Shown here: piece after piece, positions 1 to 10,387 of the stretch
Position numbering within the stretch: position 1 is the stretch's first letter
How the letters are laid out: every line of letters begins with the position of its first letter
NCBI GenBank assembly: GCA_044229975.1
Contig: JBGARZ010000014.1
Coordinates: 1-64,000, forward strand
DNA: 64,000 bases
Source: Polyangiales bacterium
GTDB lineage: Bacteria; Myxococcota_A; Polyangia; Polyangiales; Ga0077539
Direction of reading: 5' to 3'
The notes under the pieces: model-generated
Told to the model about the DNA's origin: nothing
The model's database searches: none
What the model saw: the letters and a program-made list of their open reading frames with translations, nothing else
Made by a program: the position numbers and the translations under genes

Positions 1-32
1 GCCGCCACCCCGCCGCCACCCGCCGCCACCCC
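1..32. repeat. Short tandem repeat (GCCGCCACCC)x3, possibly truncated by the window edge
   Basis: gccgccacccc-gccgccaccc-gccgccacccc read directly at the window start. Confidence 0.6.
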
Positions 33-130
33 CGCGGCCTTTGAAAACAAGCGGTTTTCCGATGGCACGCCGCGTGGAAAAGGGACTCCCCGGCGGCCGA
101 TGACGAGCCGCCGGAAAGAGAACCTCTCCC

Positions 131-364
131 ATGAACCAGGACATCGACCAGGGCGCTCCGTCCGTGACGGCCGCTCGCAACACCAAGGCCGTCTACATGA
201 TCACCGAGCGCGAGGGGGCGCGGTCCATCTGGACCCGCGTCGGGTCGGCGTGGGTCAACCGCGACGGCTCCACCACGCTGCGCCTCGACGCGCTCCCGCT
301 CTCCGGGACGCTCCAGGTGCGCGACCCCGAGCCCCGCTCGATGGCCGCCGGAGGTGCGCCGTGA
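131..364 (+). CDS. Small conserved-looking hypothetical protein (77 aa; WTRVGSAWVNRDGS..LDALP motif)
   Basis: Codon usage fits the genome; stop overlaps the next GTG start (GTGA at 361-364). Confidence 0.75.
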   Translation: MNQDIDQGAPSVTAARNTKAVYMITEREGARSIWTRVGSAWVNRDGSTTLRLDALPLSGTLQVRDPEPRSMAAGGAP

Positions 365-756
365 TCGCCCGCACCCTTCGCTGGGCGCTCTGCCTCGCCG
401 CGCTCCTCGCCACCACCGCGGCCTGGGCCGACCCGCCGCGCGCGACGCCCGCCGCCGCGACGACGGCCCGCCCCGCGACCGCCGACGCACCCGCCCCCGA
501 AGGCGTGGTGAACATCAACACCGCGACCGCCGAGGAGCTCGTCCGCATCCCCGGCATCGGTCCGGCGCGCGCGGCGGCGATCGTTCAACTCCGCGAGCGG
601 GCCCACCGCTTCAACCACGCGGAGGACCTCCTCCGGGTGCGCGGCATCGGTCGCGTCGGCTTCCGTCGCATGCGCCCGTACCTCTCGCTCGCGGGCGAGA
701 CCACGCTGGCCTCCCGACCGGGCCGCGCCCGGCGCGCCCGCCCCGAAGCCAACTGA
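361..756 (+). CDS. comEA: ComEA-family helix-hairpin-helix DNA-binding protein with signal peptide
   Basis: VNINTATAEELVRIPGIGPARAAAIVQLRE...F...EDLLRVRGIG motif; GTG start at 361 followed by a signal peptide ending AWA. Confidence 0.85.
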   Translation: MIARTLRWALCLAALLATTAAWADPPRATPAAATTARPATADAPAPEGVVNINTATAEELVRIPGIGPARAAAIVQLRERAHRFNHAEDLLRVRGIGRVGFRRMRPYLSLAGETTLASRPGRARRARPEAN

Positions 757-774
757 TCACCACCCCACGGCGAA

Positions 775-799
775 CCCCACCACAGCGGCGGTGGTGGGG
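775..799 (+). terminator. GC-rich hairpin after comEA, possible terminator
   Basis: ccccaccac-agcggcg-gtggtgggg 9-bp stem; no U-tract. Confidence 0.35.
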
Positions 800-872
800 C
801 CCCACTCCCTCAGGCGGCCGCGTCCTCCAAGCCGCTCCTCTCGTGTGACGGTCCTGTGCCATCTTCGCGGCC

Positions 873-2252
873 ATGTCGCGCCACAATCCTTCCCATCACT
901 CATGGATCAAGTCGGAGTCGGGCCTGCTCCTGCCTCGTCGCTCGCTCCTTCGTGGCGGTCTCGCGGGCTTCGCGGCGGCCATGGTCGGCCGCTCCATCCC
1001 AGGGTGCAGCGACCCCGCCCCGGCGATGAACCCCGTCGACGCGGGCGACTTCGCGGACGGTGGTCGCCTGAAGGACGTCGTCACTCCTGACGCTGGCTTC
1101 GTCGACAGCGGTGAGGTCGACGCGGGCCTCTCGTACTTCGAGCCGCGGGTCGTCCCCAATCCCCCCGCGCTGCGCTCGCTCATCGCCAACATCGGTCCGC
1201 TCGGCGCGCCCGACGCCAACGGGTTGCGCCTCCCGCCGGGCTTCACCTCCCGCGTCATCGCGCGCACCGCGGAGATGGTTGGCCCTACGAACTATCGCTG
1301 GCACCTGCTGCCCGACGGCGGCGCGACCTACCCCACCGACGACGGCGGCTGGATCTACACCTCCAACTCCGAGATGCCCCTCGTCGGCGGCGTGAGCGCG
1401 GTGCGCTTCTCGTCATCGGGCGCCATCACGGCGGCCTACCGCATCCTCGATCGCACCAACGTCAACTGCGCGGGCTGCCGAACCCCCTGGCACACCTGGC
1501 TCTCCTGCGAGGAGGTCGCGCGCGGCCGGGTGTTCGAGTGCGACCCGTGGGGCGAGCGCGCGGCGGTGGCGCGACCCGCGCTCGGTCTCTTCAAGCACGA
1601 GGCGGCTGCCGTCGACACGGTCAACGCCCACGTCTACCTGACCGAAGACGAGCCCGACGGTTGCCTCTACCGCTACGTCCCGGCACGCCGAACGCCGCAA
1701 GGACACCCCGACCTCTCGGCGGGTCGGCTGGAGGTCGCGACCGTCGACGCGATGCGACGGGTGACGTGGCAGGAGGTTCCCGACCCGCAGTGGGCGGGCG
1801 AGCTCCCGACGCGGCAGCAGGTCGCGGGGAGCACGGTGTTCCGCGGCGGAGAGGGCATCTGGTACCACCAGGGCGTTGTCTACTTCAGCACGAAGGGGTC
1901 CAACCAGGTGTGGGCCTACGACGTCGCGGCCGCGACCATCTCGGTGATCTACGACGGCCCGACGATGGCCACGCCCGGCATTCAAGGCGTCGACAACCTC
2001 ACCGTCTCCTGCTGCGGCGATGTGCTCGTCGCCGAGGACACCGGCTCGATGCAGATCGTCGCCGTGTTGCCCAACGGCACCCTCAAGCCGCTGATGCAGG
2101 TGGCCGGGCACGACACCTCCGAGGTCACCGGCCCCGCCTTCGACCCGAGCGGAACACGCCTCTACTTCAGCTCGCAGCGCGGCCTCTCCACCGGCACCGG
2201 CACCGGCTGGACCTTCGAGGTCACCGGTCCCTTCCACGAGCGCGTGACCTGA
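873..2252 (+). CDS. phoX: PhoX/DUF839-family alkaline phosphatase, probable Tat lipoprotein
   Basis: RRSLL Tat motif plus IPGC lipobox-like Cys; NCAG..TPWHTWLSCEE, FKHEAAAVD, DNLTV and SEVTGPAFDPSG motifs. Confidence 0.8.
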   Translation: MSRHNPSHHSWIKSESGLLLPRRSLLRGGLAGFAAAMVGRSIPGCSDPAPAMNPVDAGDFADGGRLKDVVTPDAGFVDSGEVDAGLSYFEPRVVPNPPALRSLIANIGPLGAPDANGLRLPPGFTSRVIARTAEMVGPTNYRWHLLPDGGATYPTDDGGWIYTSNSEMPLVGGVSAVRFSSSGAITAAYRILDRTNVNCAGCRTPWHTWLSCEEVARGRVFECDPWGERAAVARPALGLFKHEAAAVDTVNAHVYLTEDEPDGCLYRYVPARRTPQGHPDLSAGRLEVATVDAMRRVTWQEVPDPQWAGELPTRQQVAGSTVFRGGEGIWYHQGVVYFSTKGSNQVWAYDVAAATISVIYDGPTMATPGIQGVDNLTVSCCGDVLVAEDTGSMQIVAVLPNGTLKPLMQVAGHDTSEVTGPAFDPSGTRLYFSSQRGLSTGTGTGWTFEVTGPFHERVT

Positions 2253-2255
2253 TCG

Positions 2256-2888
2256 CTACGCCGACGGCAGTCGCGCCACGAAGCGCTCGATGGCCGCCCG
2301 GTGCAGCTTGAACACCACCCGATTGACCACCACCACCGCGGACACCGCGCACACCTCGGCCACCACCGAGAGCCCGTTCTGCCGCAGCGTCTCGCCGGTC
2401 TCCACGAGGTCGACGATGACGTCACTGAGACCCACCAGCGGAGCGGTCTCGACCGAGCCCTGCACGTAGATGATCTCGACCTCGGTGCCCTCCGCCGCGA
2501 AGTGCCGTCGCGCGATGCGCGGGTACTTCGTCGCAACCCGCAGCGCCCGATCACGCGGCGGCGCCGTCCACCCATCGGGCGCGGCCACCACCATGCGACA
2601 GCGACCGAGGCCCGTGTCGTGCGGCAGCACCAGGTCGGCCTCGCGCTCCAGCAGAACATCGCGCCCCACCACCCCGAGGTCGCACGCGCCGTACTCCACG
2701 TAGGTCGGAACATCATCCGGCTTCAGCAGCAGGAAGCGCATCGGCGCGCCGTCGACCACCGCCTCGCGCACGAGCGTCCGATCGGTCTCGGCGAGCGTCG
2801 CCGCAGGGACGCCCGCCTTCGCCAGGGACGCGGCCAGTTGCTTCGCGAGCCGCCCCTTGGGGACGGCCACGGTGAGCGCCCGGGTCAA
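2256..2888 (-). CDS. hisG: ATP phosphoribosyltransferase, short form
   Basis: [55 protein letters not shown]; 210 aa without the C-terminal regulatory domain. Confidence 0.95.
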   Translation of the reverse strand: MTRALTVAVPKGRLAKQLAASLAKAGVPAATLAETDRTLVREAVVDGAPMRFLLLKPDDVPTYVEYGACDLGVVGRDVLLEREADLVLPHDTGLGRCRMVVAAPDGWTAPPRDRALRVATKYPRIARRHFAAEGTEVEIIYVQGSVETAPLVGLSDVIVDLVETGETLRQNGLSVVAEVCAVSAVVVVNRVVFKLHRAAIERFVARLPSA

Positions 2889-4150
2889 CCGTCGCCGCGC
2901 ACCCGCTCGATGCGCGCTCCCAGCGGTCGCAGCTTCTTCTCGATGGACTCGTAGCCGCGATCGAGGTGGTACACCCGCAGCACCTCGGTGCGGTCGGCGC
3001 TCGTGAGGCCCGCGATGACGAGGCAGGCGCTCGCGCGAAGGTCGGTCGCCATCACCGCCGCGCCCGACAGCGCGGGCACGCCCTTCACGACGGCGACGCG
3101 GCCGTGCACGTCGATGTGCGCGCCCATGCGGCTCAGCTCGGGCACGTGCATGTAGCGGTTTTCGAACACCGACTCGGTCACGACGCTGGTGCCCTGCGCG
3201 AGCGTGAGCACCGCCATGAGCTGCGCCTGCATGTCCGTCGGAAAGCCCGGGTGCGGCGCCGTGGTGAAGTCCACGCCCTTCAGCGAGCGCGCTCCCTCCG
3301 AGCGCACACGCACGCCGCCCTCCTCCCGAACGATCTCCACCCCCGCATCACGGAGCTTCGCGCTGAGCGGTTCGAGGTGCTCGGGCACGGCGCCGCGCAC
3401 CAGCACATCGCCACCCGTGGCGGCGGCGGCGGCCATGAAGGTTCCGGCCTCGATGCGGTCGGGGATGATCGCGTGGTCGACCGCGTGCAGCACCTCGACG
3501 CCCTCGATGTGGATGACGTCGGTGCCGGCGCCGTCGACCTTCGCGCCCATCTTGTTGAGCACGCGCGCGAGCTCTTCGATCTCGGGCTCCCGCGCGGCGC
3601 CCACGAGCTGCGTGCGGCCCTTGGCGAGGGCGGCGGCCATCATGAGGTTCTCGGTTCCGGTGACGGTGGCCATGTCGAGGTGGATGGAGGCGCCGTGCAG
3701 CCGCTTGCACTCGGCCACGACGTAGCCGTGATCGAGCTTGATGGTGGCGCCCATCGCTTCGAGGCCCTTGAGGTGCTGATCGATGGGCCGCGCGCCGATG
3801 GCGCAACCGCCCGGCAGCGAGACCTTGGCGTAGCCGTGCCGCGCCACGAGCGGGCCGAGCACCAGCACCGACGCCCGCATCTGCTTCACGAGCTCGTAGG
3901 GCGCTTCGGGGCGGGCGACGGAGGCGCCGCGCACGTTGACCACCGGGGGCTCGACGTCGGTCTCGGCGCCCATGAAGCGCAGGAGCGCCGCCATGGTCTC
4001 GACGTCGCGCAGCCGCGGAACGTTGCGGAAGGTGCACGCCCCGTCGGTGAGCAGCGAGGCGCAGAGGATGGGGAGCGCGGCGTTTTTGGCGCCCGAGACG
4101 AGCACCTCACCGTGGAGCGGGCGTCCGCCCTCGATCACGAGTTTTTCCAT
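2885..4150 (-). CDS. murA: UDP-N-acetylglucosamine 1-carboxyvinyltransferase
   Basis: [55 protein letters not shown]. Confidence 0.97.
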   Translation of the reverse strand: MEKLVIEGGRPLHGEVLVSGAKNAALPILCASLLTDGACTFRNVPRLRDVETMAALLRFMGAETDVEPPVVNVRGASVARPEAPYELVKQMRASVLVLGPLVARHGYAKVSLPGGCAIGARPIDQHLKGLEAMGATIKLDHGYVVAECKRLHGASIHLDMATVTGTENLMMAAALAKGRTQLVGAAREPEIEELARVLNKMGAKVDGAGTDVIHIEGVEVLHAVDHAIIPDRIEAGTFMAAAAATGGDVLVRGAVPEHLEPLSAKLRDAGVEIVREEGGVRVRSEGARSLKGVDFTTAPHPGFPTDMQAQLMAVLTLAQGTSVVTESVFENRYMHVPELSRMGAHIDVHGRVAVVKGVPALSGAAVMATDLRASACLVIAGLTSADRTEVLRVYHLDRGYESIEKKLRPLGARIERVRGDG

Positions 4151-4208
4151 GAAGGGCCGACGGGTCTAACACAGGTCCCCGCGGCCGCGCGACGCGGGAC
4201 GTCGCTGG

Positions 4209-6389
4209 TCAGCCGCCGCTGGTGAGGCTGATCGCGAGCTGGGCGTCCATGGCCTCGCCGGGGCTCACGGCCTGCACCCGGCTGACACTCCGGTTGATGC
4301 ACGTCGTGAAGCTCGGGTCGGGACTGTTCTCGACACGCGCGCCGGTGATGCGACCCGTGGTGGCGATCTGCAGCGTGATGGTCACGCGCACCGGCTGCAC
4401 CGACGGGTTCATGCGCAGCAGGTTCTGCCAGCAGGTGTTGGTGATGCGGGCGCTGTTGAAGTTCTGCACCGCGCGCCCGGCCCGAGCCGAGCCGCTGAGC
4501 GCGGGCGAGTTCTCCTGCGCGCTGTTGTTGGCCTGCGCAGGCAGCCGCGTCGTGTTGACCGGACCACCCGACGGGCCGACCTGCCCAAGTGCTGCCGCGA
4601 CGGCGCGCGCGTTGGCTGCCGCCTGCTCCGGGGTGATGCCGCCAGGGGTCGGGCGCGCTGCCGTGGTCGTCGTGCGGTGGCCCGTATGGGGACGCCCGCC
4701 CGCGCCGTTGGGCTCGGCCGCAGTCGGAGCAGGGTCGCCCGCAACGGGCTCTGGCGTCGGCGCGACGGCGACCTCGGGACCGGGCGCCGCGGGCACCACC
4801 GGCGGCGGTTCCGCCACTGGAGCGGGTGTCGGCTGGACGACGCGCACCGGAGCCGGGACGGGCTGCGGGATGGGACGATTGAGCCGACCCGCGAGCACGA
4901 CGCCGCCGAAGACGCCGAGCACCAACACACCGAGCATCAGGATGATGACCGGCAGCGACAGACCGCCCGGCCTCGACGGAGCCTGCGCGACGGGCGCGAG
5001 GGAGGTCGGCGCCGCGGGCGTCGGCGCCGCCGGGGCGAGCGCCGGTGCGGGCATGGAGTTGGGTGGCGGCAGGCTGCCGGAGAACGCCGCCGAGAGGCCG
5101 AACGACTCCAACGACGGGGCGTTGGACTGCGGCGGAAAGGGCTTGCGACCGAAGAGGTCTTCGGGGAGATCGCCGTCATCGGGCGGCGTCGACGAGAGTG
5201 GCGCCGGGGCGGGTGCGATATCCGACGGAGGCGGTGCGGGCGGCGGGACCGAAGACACCGTGATCGGGGGCGACGACTCGATGGCCATCGCCGCGGGCGG
5301 AACCGACGCGGGCTTCTCGACGACCACGGCCGGCGTCGACGGAGGCGTCGCGCCCTTGGGCTGGTTGAAGCTCTGCGGCGGCTTCGGGGGTGCGGGCTTC
5401 GCGGGAGCGGCGGGCGTCGGGGCCTTCGGAGGCGGCGCCTTGGCGGCGGGCGCGCGCAGCCCGGCTTTATTGGCGTCGAGCCCGAGCGACCGACCCATCG
5501 GGGAGTGCGGGGGCTCGATGAGGGTCTGATCGCCCCCGTCCTCCGCCTCGACGGGCGCCTTCGCGGGCTTGGGATCGAGCCCAAGAGCCTTCGGGATGAG
5601 CGCGGCGATGGCCGGGTCCATCCCCGTGACGCGCGTTGCCTCTTCCTCGTCGTCGTCGTTGATCGCGGGACGCGTGACGGCGGGCGCGCTCGGCGTCGCG
5701 AGGGGCTGCCGCAGCGGCACCACCTGCCCCGTGCGCCGGGGCTCCGCGGGCGCCGGCGACGGCGCGCTCGGCGTGCGCCGCCCCATCTCGTCGAGCAGGT
5801 TGCCCGAGATGCGCTGGGCGCCAAGGCGCAGCACGTCACCGAGCTCGGCGACGTTGCGCAGCGGGCGCCAGTCGTCGAGGCCCTCGCGCCACACCAGCGT
5901 GTCGGGCGTGACCTCGGCGGACTGAACCTTCGCGACGAGCTCCTTGCGGGTGAGCGGGCCCACCGGCAGGTCGCGGATGCCGGCGTACCAGCCCGTCTCG
6001 CTCGCGTTGAGGATGGCCGACGTCGACGCCGTCCGGGGCGCAGGCTTCGCGGCCGTCGCGGCCATGCCCGCGTTGAACGCCACGCCCACGCTCGTCGCGG
6101 CGCGGGTGCGAGCCGGAGGCTTCGCGGTCGTGGCCCCGATGGCGCCGCCCGAGATGGCGGTGACGGCGGGGCGCGGCGCGCTCGGCGCCATGGTGGCGGG
6201 CCGCGGCCGGTCGTCGGGCGCGTCGGCCTGCTTCGGGGCGCCGGGCGCGTCGGGGTCGGGCAGCGCGTCGGCGCGCAGCTCGATCACGTTTTCGCACTTC
6301 TTGCAGCGGAAGCGGGTGACGGCGCGGCCGCGGATCTTCTCGTCGGCTACGTGGTACTTCTGCTTGCACTTGTCGCAGACGAAGTTCAT
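4209..6389 (-). CDS. Zinc-ribbon + GYF_2 domain bitopic membrane protein with a TonB-C-like C-terminus (GltJ/AgmX-like)
   Basis: N-terminal CDKC..CKKC; WY..GPL....LVWREGLDDWRPL GYF_2 motif; Pro-rich linker; one TM; C-terminal CW..L..NP...V.I..TGRITGARV...C domain. Confidence 0.75.
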   Translation of the reverse strand: MNFVCDKCKQKYHVADEKIRGRAVTRFRCKKCENVIELRADALPDPDAPGAPKQADAPDDRPRPATMAPSAPRPAVTAISGGAIGATTAKPPARTRAATSVGVAFNAGMAATAAKPAPRTASTSAILNASETGWYAGIRDLPVGPLTRKELVAKVQSAEVTPDTLVWREGLDDWRPLRNVAELGDVLRLGAQRISGNLLDEMGRRTPSAPSPAPAEPRRTGQVVPLRQPLATPSAPAVTRPAINDDDEEEATRVTGMDPAIAALIPKALGLDPKPAKAPVEAEDGGDQTLIEPPHSPMGRSLGLDANKAGLRAPAAKAPPPKAPTPAAPAKPAPPKPPQSFNQPKGATPPSTPAVVVEKPASVPPAAMAIESSPPITVSSVPPPAPPPSDIAPAPAPLSSTPPDDGDLPEDLFGRKPFPPQSNAPSLESFGLSAAFSGSLPPPNSMPAPALAPAAPTPAAPTSLAPVAQAPSRPGGLSLPVIILMLGVLVLGVFGGVVLAGRLNRPIPQPVPAPVRVVQPTPAPVAEPPPVVPAAPGPEVAVAPTPEPVAGDPAPTAAEPNGAGGRPHTGHRTTTTAARPTPGGITPEQAAANARAVAAALGQVGPSGGPVNTTRLPAQANNSAQENSPALSGSARAGRAVQNFNSARITNTCWQNLLRMNPSVQPVRVTITLQIATTGRITGARVENSPDPSFTTCINRSVSRVQAVSPGEAMDAQLAISLTSGG

Positions 6390-6422
6390 CGGGGCATCTC
6401 TCTGCGGTAGACCATCAATCCA

Positions 6423-7856
6423 TCACGATCTTTGCGTTGGAGCAACGACCCCGAGGTGCTCTTTGATTTGAGCGCGCGTGGTGGGATCGGGTGCCACCGA
6501 CAGCGCACGCTCCCAGGCGTCGGCCGCGCTCCAGAGGAAGCCCACGCGCTCGTAGAGCACCGCGAGGTTCTTGAGCGCCGGGAAGAACCCGTCGAAGAGC
6601 CCGACGGAGCGTTCGAGCGAGGCGATGGCGGCGTGCACCGCGCCTTGCCGACCCTGGAGCAGCGCGAGCTGGTAGTGCAGCCGGTACGAGCGCGGCGCGA
6701 GCTCGATGCCGCGCTGGAGCTGCCGGATGGCGCCATCGACATCGCCGCGGAGGTAGGCGTCGGTGCTGGCCTGGAGGGCGCCTTCGGCGGAGCCCGACAG
6801 CGCGCGGTTTGACGGGTCGTCGGCGCCGGGGTTGAGGGCGGCCTCGAAGCGCGCGAGGAGATCGCTCTCCGAGGCGGGTGTCGTGATGGTCGAGACGACG
6901 CCCAGGGCGGAGCGCAGGTCACGGTCGAAGCGCCACGAGGCGCCTTGTGGCAGCAGCAGCACGACGGCGAGCCGCTCGGTGCGCGGTGCGGCGCGCAGGG
7001 CCTTGAGCACCTCGAAGCCGTGCTCGTCGGACAGGGCGGGGTCGAGAAACACCACGTCGGGCAGCACGTCCTCGGTGGCCGCGCGAAAGCTCGCCGCGGT
7101 GTCGAAGGTGCGCGCCGCGTGGCCCAAGTTGGTGAACGAGTGCGACAGCGAGGTGCGGGCGTCGGAGGAGCCCGAGACGATCCACACGGCGCGGGTGCCG
7201 AGCGAGAGCGCGGGCGGCGGCGTCGGCGCAGGGGCGAGCGGGACGAACGACGGCAGCGCCGAGGGCGCGGGCGTGGCAGGCGCCGGGAGACGCATCGGCC
7301 TCGCGGCGGTCGGCACCTCGGTCGGCGGCCCGGAGCTGTTGGAGAGCAGGGTGCGCGAGCGCGACGGCAGCGGACGCGGATGACGCGCCGAGGGCGCGGG
7401 CGCGCTCGGTGGCGCGGTCGACGGCAACGGTGGTGGCGACGGGACGCGCACCTGGACGTTGTCACCGTAGAGGTGATCTTCGCCCCGGGCGCGGGCGTCG
7501 TAGGCGGTGTCGATGAGCTGGTCGAGGCGCGCGGGGTCGGCCACGAAGAGCAGCAGCTTGCGGCCGCAGACAAACTCCAGCTCCTCGCGGGCCTTCGGGT
7601 CGGAGGGGTTGGCCATCGCGACGAAGAGGACGTCGGGTCTCGCGAGGAGCGGCAGCGCCTTGTGGCGTCGCGCGATCTCCAGCGGGAGCTGATCGAGCTC
7701 GACGAGGGAGAAGCGCAGCGCGGTCAGGTCGACGGGCGGGACGCCGTGCTTCTCGCTCGCGGCGAGCAGCGCCCGGAGTTCGTCCCCTTGCACGTGTAGC
7801 GCGGCGGGTTCGCTCTCGGACTCTCGACCCTTGCTGGCATCTTCACGTCCGGCCAT
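6423..7856 (-). CDS. GspE/PilB N-terminal (T2SSE_N) domain + atypical receiver + TPR protein
   Basis: LPLEIARRHKALPL...VAMANP.D motif; PDVVFLD receiver-like segment; C-terminal TPR-like helices. Confidence 0.7.
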   Translation of the reverse strand: MAGREDASKGRESESEPAALHVQGDELRALLAASEKHGVPPVDLTALRFSLVELDQLPLEIARRHKALPLLARPDVLFVAMANPSDPKAREELEFVCGRKLLLFVADPARLDQLIDTAYDARARGEDHLYGDNVQVRVPSPPPLPSTAPPSAPAPSARHPRPLPSRSRTLLSNSSGPPTEVPTAARPMRLPAPATPAPSALPSFVPLAPAPTPPPALSLGTRAVWIVSGSSDARTSLSHSFTNLGHAARTFDTAASFRAATEDVLPDVVFLDPALSDEHGFEVLKALRAAPRTERLAVVLLLPQGASWRFDRDLRSALGVVSTITTPASESDLLARFEAALNPGADDPSNRALSGSAEGALQASTDAYLRGDVDGAIRQLQRGIELAPRSYRLHYQLALLQGRQGAVHAAIASLERSVGLFDGFFPALKNLAVLYERVGFLWSAADAWERALSVAPDPTTRAQIKEHLGVVAPTQRS

Positions 7857-7941
7857 GTCGCTCGCGCGAGGGCCAAACTATCACCCGGTCGCGCGGCCCC
7901 ACAATCAGGAATTCCCTCCCGGCAGCGGGTGTCGCGCGGAG

Positions 7942-8538
7942 TCACATCCCGCTGACGATGCGGATGGTGTCGCCGTCGCGCTCCAGCTCCAGGCGATTGT
8001 CGGCCACGCGGCGGAACCACACGTCCTCGCCCCGCCGCTGCACCTCGCTGTCGCGCACGGGGTCGATGTTGAGGTGGGGTCGCCCGTCGTTGGCGGCGGC
8101 TGCCGCGGCGGCGGCGGTACCGGGGCGCGGTCGCTCGACCTCGAGGCCGGCCGGTCGGCGCAGCGTGTAGCTGCCGGTGTACGTGAACTCGACGTGCAGG
8201 CGGTGGCTGTCGGACTCGGAGACGTTGACCCGGCGGTAGCGGATCTCGTAGCGGACCTCGTTGACCTCGTCGGCCCAGGTGGTGAGCAGGCGCTGGAGAC
8301 CCTCCAGGCCGTAGTCGTCGCTGCCGTCGGGGGTGCCGCCGTCCTCGAAGTAGCGGGGCGAGGCCATGGCGAGGAGCGCGCGCGCGTCGCGGCTCTCCAC
8401 GGCGTGGCGGTAGCGCTCGCAGAACGCGATGATGTCGCGGTTTTCCGAGGTGTCGGGGACGTCGGTGTTGGGGATGCGCGACGACGCGCAGCCGAGTGCC
8501 GAGGAGAGGATCAATCCGAGAAACGGGGGTCGACGCAT
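7942..8538 (-). CDS. Hypothetical lipoprotein, possibly NTF2-like fold
   Basis: MRRPPFLGLILSSALGC lipobox from ATG 8538; YRHAVESRDARALLAMASPRYFED segment. Confidence 0.65.
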   Translation of the reverse strand: MRRPPFLGLILSSALGCASSRIPNTDVPDTSENRDIIAFCERYRHAVESRDARALLAMASPRYFEDGGTPDGSDDYGLEGLQRLLTTWADEVNEVRYEIRYRRVNVSESDSHRLHVEFTYTGSYTLRRPAGLEVERPRPGTAAAAAAAANDGRPHLNIDPVRDSEVQRRGEDVWFRRVADNRLELERDGDTIRIVSGM

Positions 8539-8687
8539 GCGAGGGGCCTCGTGAAGCAACGCCATCGGCGGGCGCGGATATTCCTCGCGAAGCCCAGCGG
8601 AGACAAGCGGTGACTCAGGGAGTTCTTGCGGGGGAGGGGTCGGGCGGGGCATAGCAGCAGCGGAAGAGGCCGCGAGAACAACCTTAT

Positions 8688-8924
8688 ATGGACTCCAACG
8701 ATCACCCGTCGACCCGTCGCAGCCGCCGCATCGAAGAGGCCGTGATGGAGGTCGACGGCGTCGTGGGCGTTCGGGTGTGGGAGCTCTCCGACCGGGTCGA
8801 GGTCGGCATCCGCGTGGCCCCCATCGACGCGGCCCCCGACGTCCTCGTGCGGGTGCGCGAGGTGACCGAGGCGATGCGCGAGGGCGACGAGGCGTGGGAG
8901 GTCGGGCTGCTCACCGAGGAGTGA
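8688..8924 (+). CDS. Small hypothetical protein (78 aa)
   Basis: Typical codon usage; fills the gap between a divergent and a convergent gene. Confidence 0.6.
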   Translation: MDSNDHPSTRRSRRIEEAVMEVDGVVGVRVWELSDRVEVGIRVAPIDAAPDVLVRVREVTEAMREGDEAWEVGLLTEE

Positions 8925-8952
8925 CTCCCCGCGCGCTTCCGCGCGAGCGTCG

Positions 8953-10251
8953 TCACATCACGTAGCCGCTCTCCCCGTGCTGCGTGCTGTCGAGCCCTTC
9001 GAGCTCGTCATCCTTGGCGGCGCGCAGCCCCATGGTCTTGTCGAGCACCTTCAAGATCGCGAAGGTCATCACCGCCGAGTAGGCACCCGCGACCCCGACG
9101 CCCACGAACTGCTTCCCGAGCTGCACGGCGTTGCCCGCGAGCAGGCCGTCGGCGCCGCCCGGGTTGAGGGCCTTCTGCGCGAAGACGCCCGTGAGCAGCG
9201 CGCCGATGATGCCGCCCACGCCGTGCACGCCGAAGGCGTCGAGGGAGTCGTCGTAGTGCCAGCGCTCCTTGAGGAGCACCGCGGCGTAGCAGCCCACGCC
9301 CGAGATCGCGCCGATGACGAGCGACGCCGACGGCGAGACGAAGCCCGCGGCGGGCGTGATGGCGACGAGGCCCGCGACGAGGCCGGAGACGAAGCCCAGC
9401 ATCGTGGGCTTGCCGCGGTGGCGCCACTCGACGAGCACCCACGCGAGGGCCGCGCTCGCCGCGGAGACGTGCGTGGTGACGAAGGCGAGGGCCGCGACGC
9501 CGTTGGCCGTAAGCGCGCTACCGGCATTGAATCCGAACCAGCCGAACCACAGCAGACCGCCGCCGATGACGGTCATGGTGAGGTTGTGCGGCGGGTGCTT
9601 CTCGCGGGGGTAGCCGCGGCGCTTGCCGATGACGAGCGCGCACACCAGCGCGGCGATGCCGGCGGTGAGGTGGACGACGGTTCCGCCGGCGAAGTCGAGG
9701 ACGCCGAGGCGGAAGAGCCAGCCGCCCTCGGCCCAGGCCCAGTGCGCGACGGGGTCGTAGACGAGGGTGGTCCAGACGAGGGCGAAGACGACGTAGGGGG
9801 CGAAGCGCATGCGCTCGACGAAGGCCCCCGCGATGAGCGCCGGGGTGATGATGGCGAACTTCATCTGGAAGGCCATGAACGCGAGGTGCGGGACCGTTCC
9901 GCGCAGGGCGCCGACGAGGCCGCGCAGGCCCACGAAGTCGAAGCCGCCGATGACGCCGCCGTGCGAGCGACCGAAGGCCAGCGAGTAGCCGAAGAGCACC
10001 CACTGCACCGTGATGATCGCCAGCGCGAAGTGCACGAACATGAACGTCGAGAGAACGTTCTGTTTGCGAACCATGCCGCCGTAGAAGAGGGCGAGGCCGG
10101 GGGTCATCAGCAGCACGAAGGCTGACGAGACGAGCAGCCAGGCGGTGTCCCCGGTGTCGAGCGCCGGCGCCGGGTCGGCGAGGGCGACGGAGGGGAGGAT
10201 GAGCAGCGCGGCGAGGGCTGCGAGGGCGAGCCAGGAAGTTCGACGGACCAT
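8953..10251 (-). CDS. amtB: Ammonium transporter
   Basis: GLALFYGGMVR, FQMKFAIITPALI, DFAGGTVVH, LWFGWFGFNAGS, DDSLDAFGVHG; start placed at ATG 10251 (signal peptide). Confidence 0.95.
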   Translation of the reverse strand: MVRRTSWLALAALAALLILPSVALADPAPALDTGDTAWLLVSSAFVLLMTPGLALFYGGMVRKQNVLSTFMFVHFALAIITVQWVLFGYSLAFGRSHGGVIGGFDFVGLRGLVGALRGTVPHLAFMAFQMKFAIITPALIAGAFVERMRFAPYVVFALVWTTLVYDPVAHWAWAEGGWLFRLGVLDFAGGTVVHLTAGIAALVCALVIGKRRGYPREKHPPHNLTMTVIGGGLLWFGWFGFNAGSALTANGVAALAFVTTHVSAASAALAWVLVEWRHRGKPTMLGFVSGLVAGLVAITPAAGFVSPSASLVIGAISGVGCYAAVLLKERWHYDDSLDAFGVHGVGGIIGALLTGVFAQKALNPGGADGLLAGNAVQLGKQFVGVGVAGAYSAVMTFAILKVLDKTMGLRAAKDDELEGLDSTQHGESGYVM

Positions 10252-10387
10252 GGGCAGGGCCGCGAAGGGACCACGGCCGCGAGCCCGGTCGGGTAAGTGC
10301 CGTGTAAAGTCAGCGCGTCGGTGCCACGAAGGCCGCGTGACGGGCTGGTGAAATCCGGGTGTTACATGAGAGCGTAAGGTCACCCCG

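Noticed and set aside
63..78. Possible sigma54 promoter TGGCACG-CCGC-GTGGA upstream of the comEA unit
   Set aside because: The -24 element is perfect but the -12 position reads GG instead of GC; not supportable alone
2256..2888. Short hisG without adjacent hisZ or hisD
   Set aside because: Short-form HisG with a distant hisZ is common; not unusual
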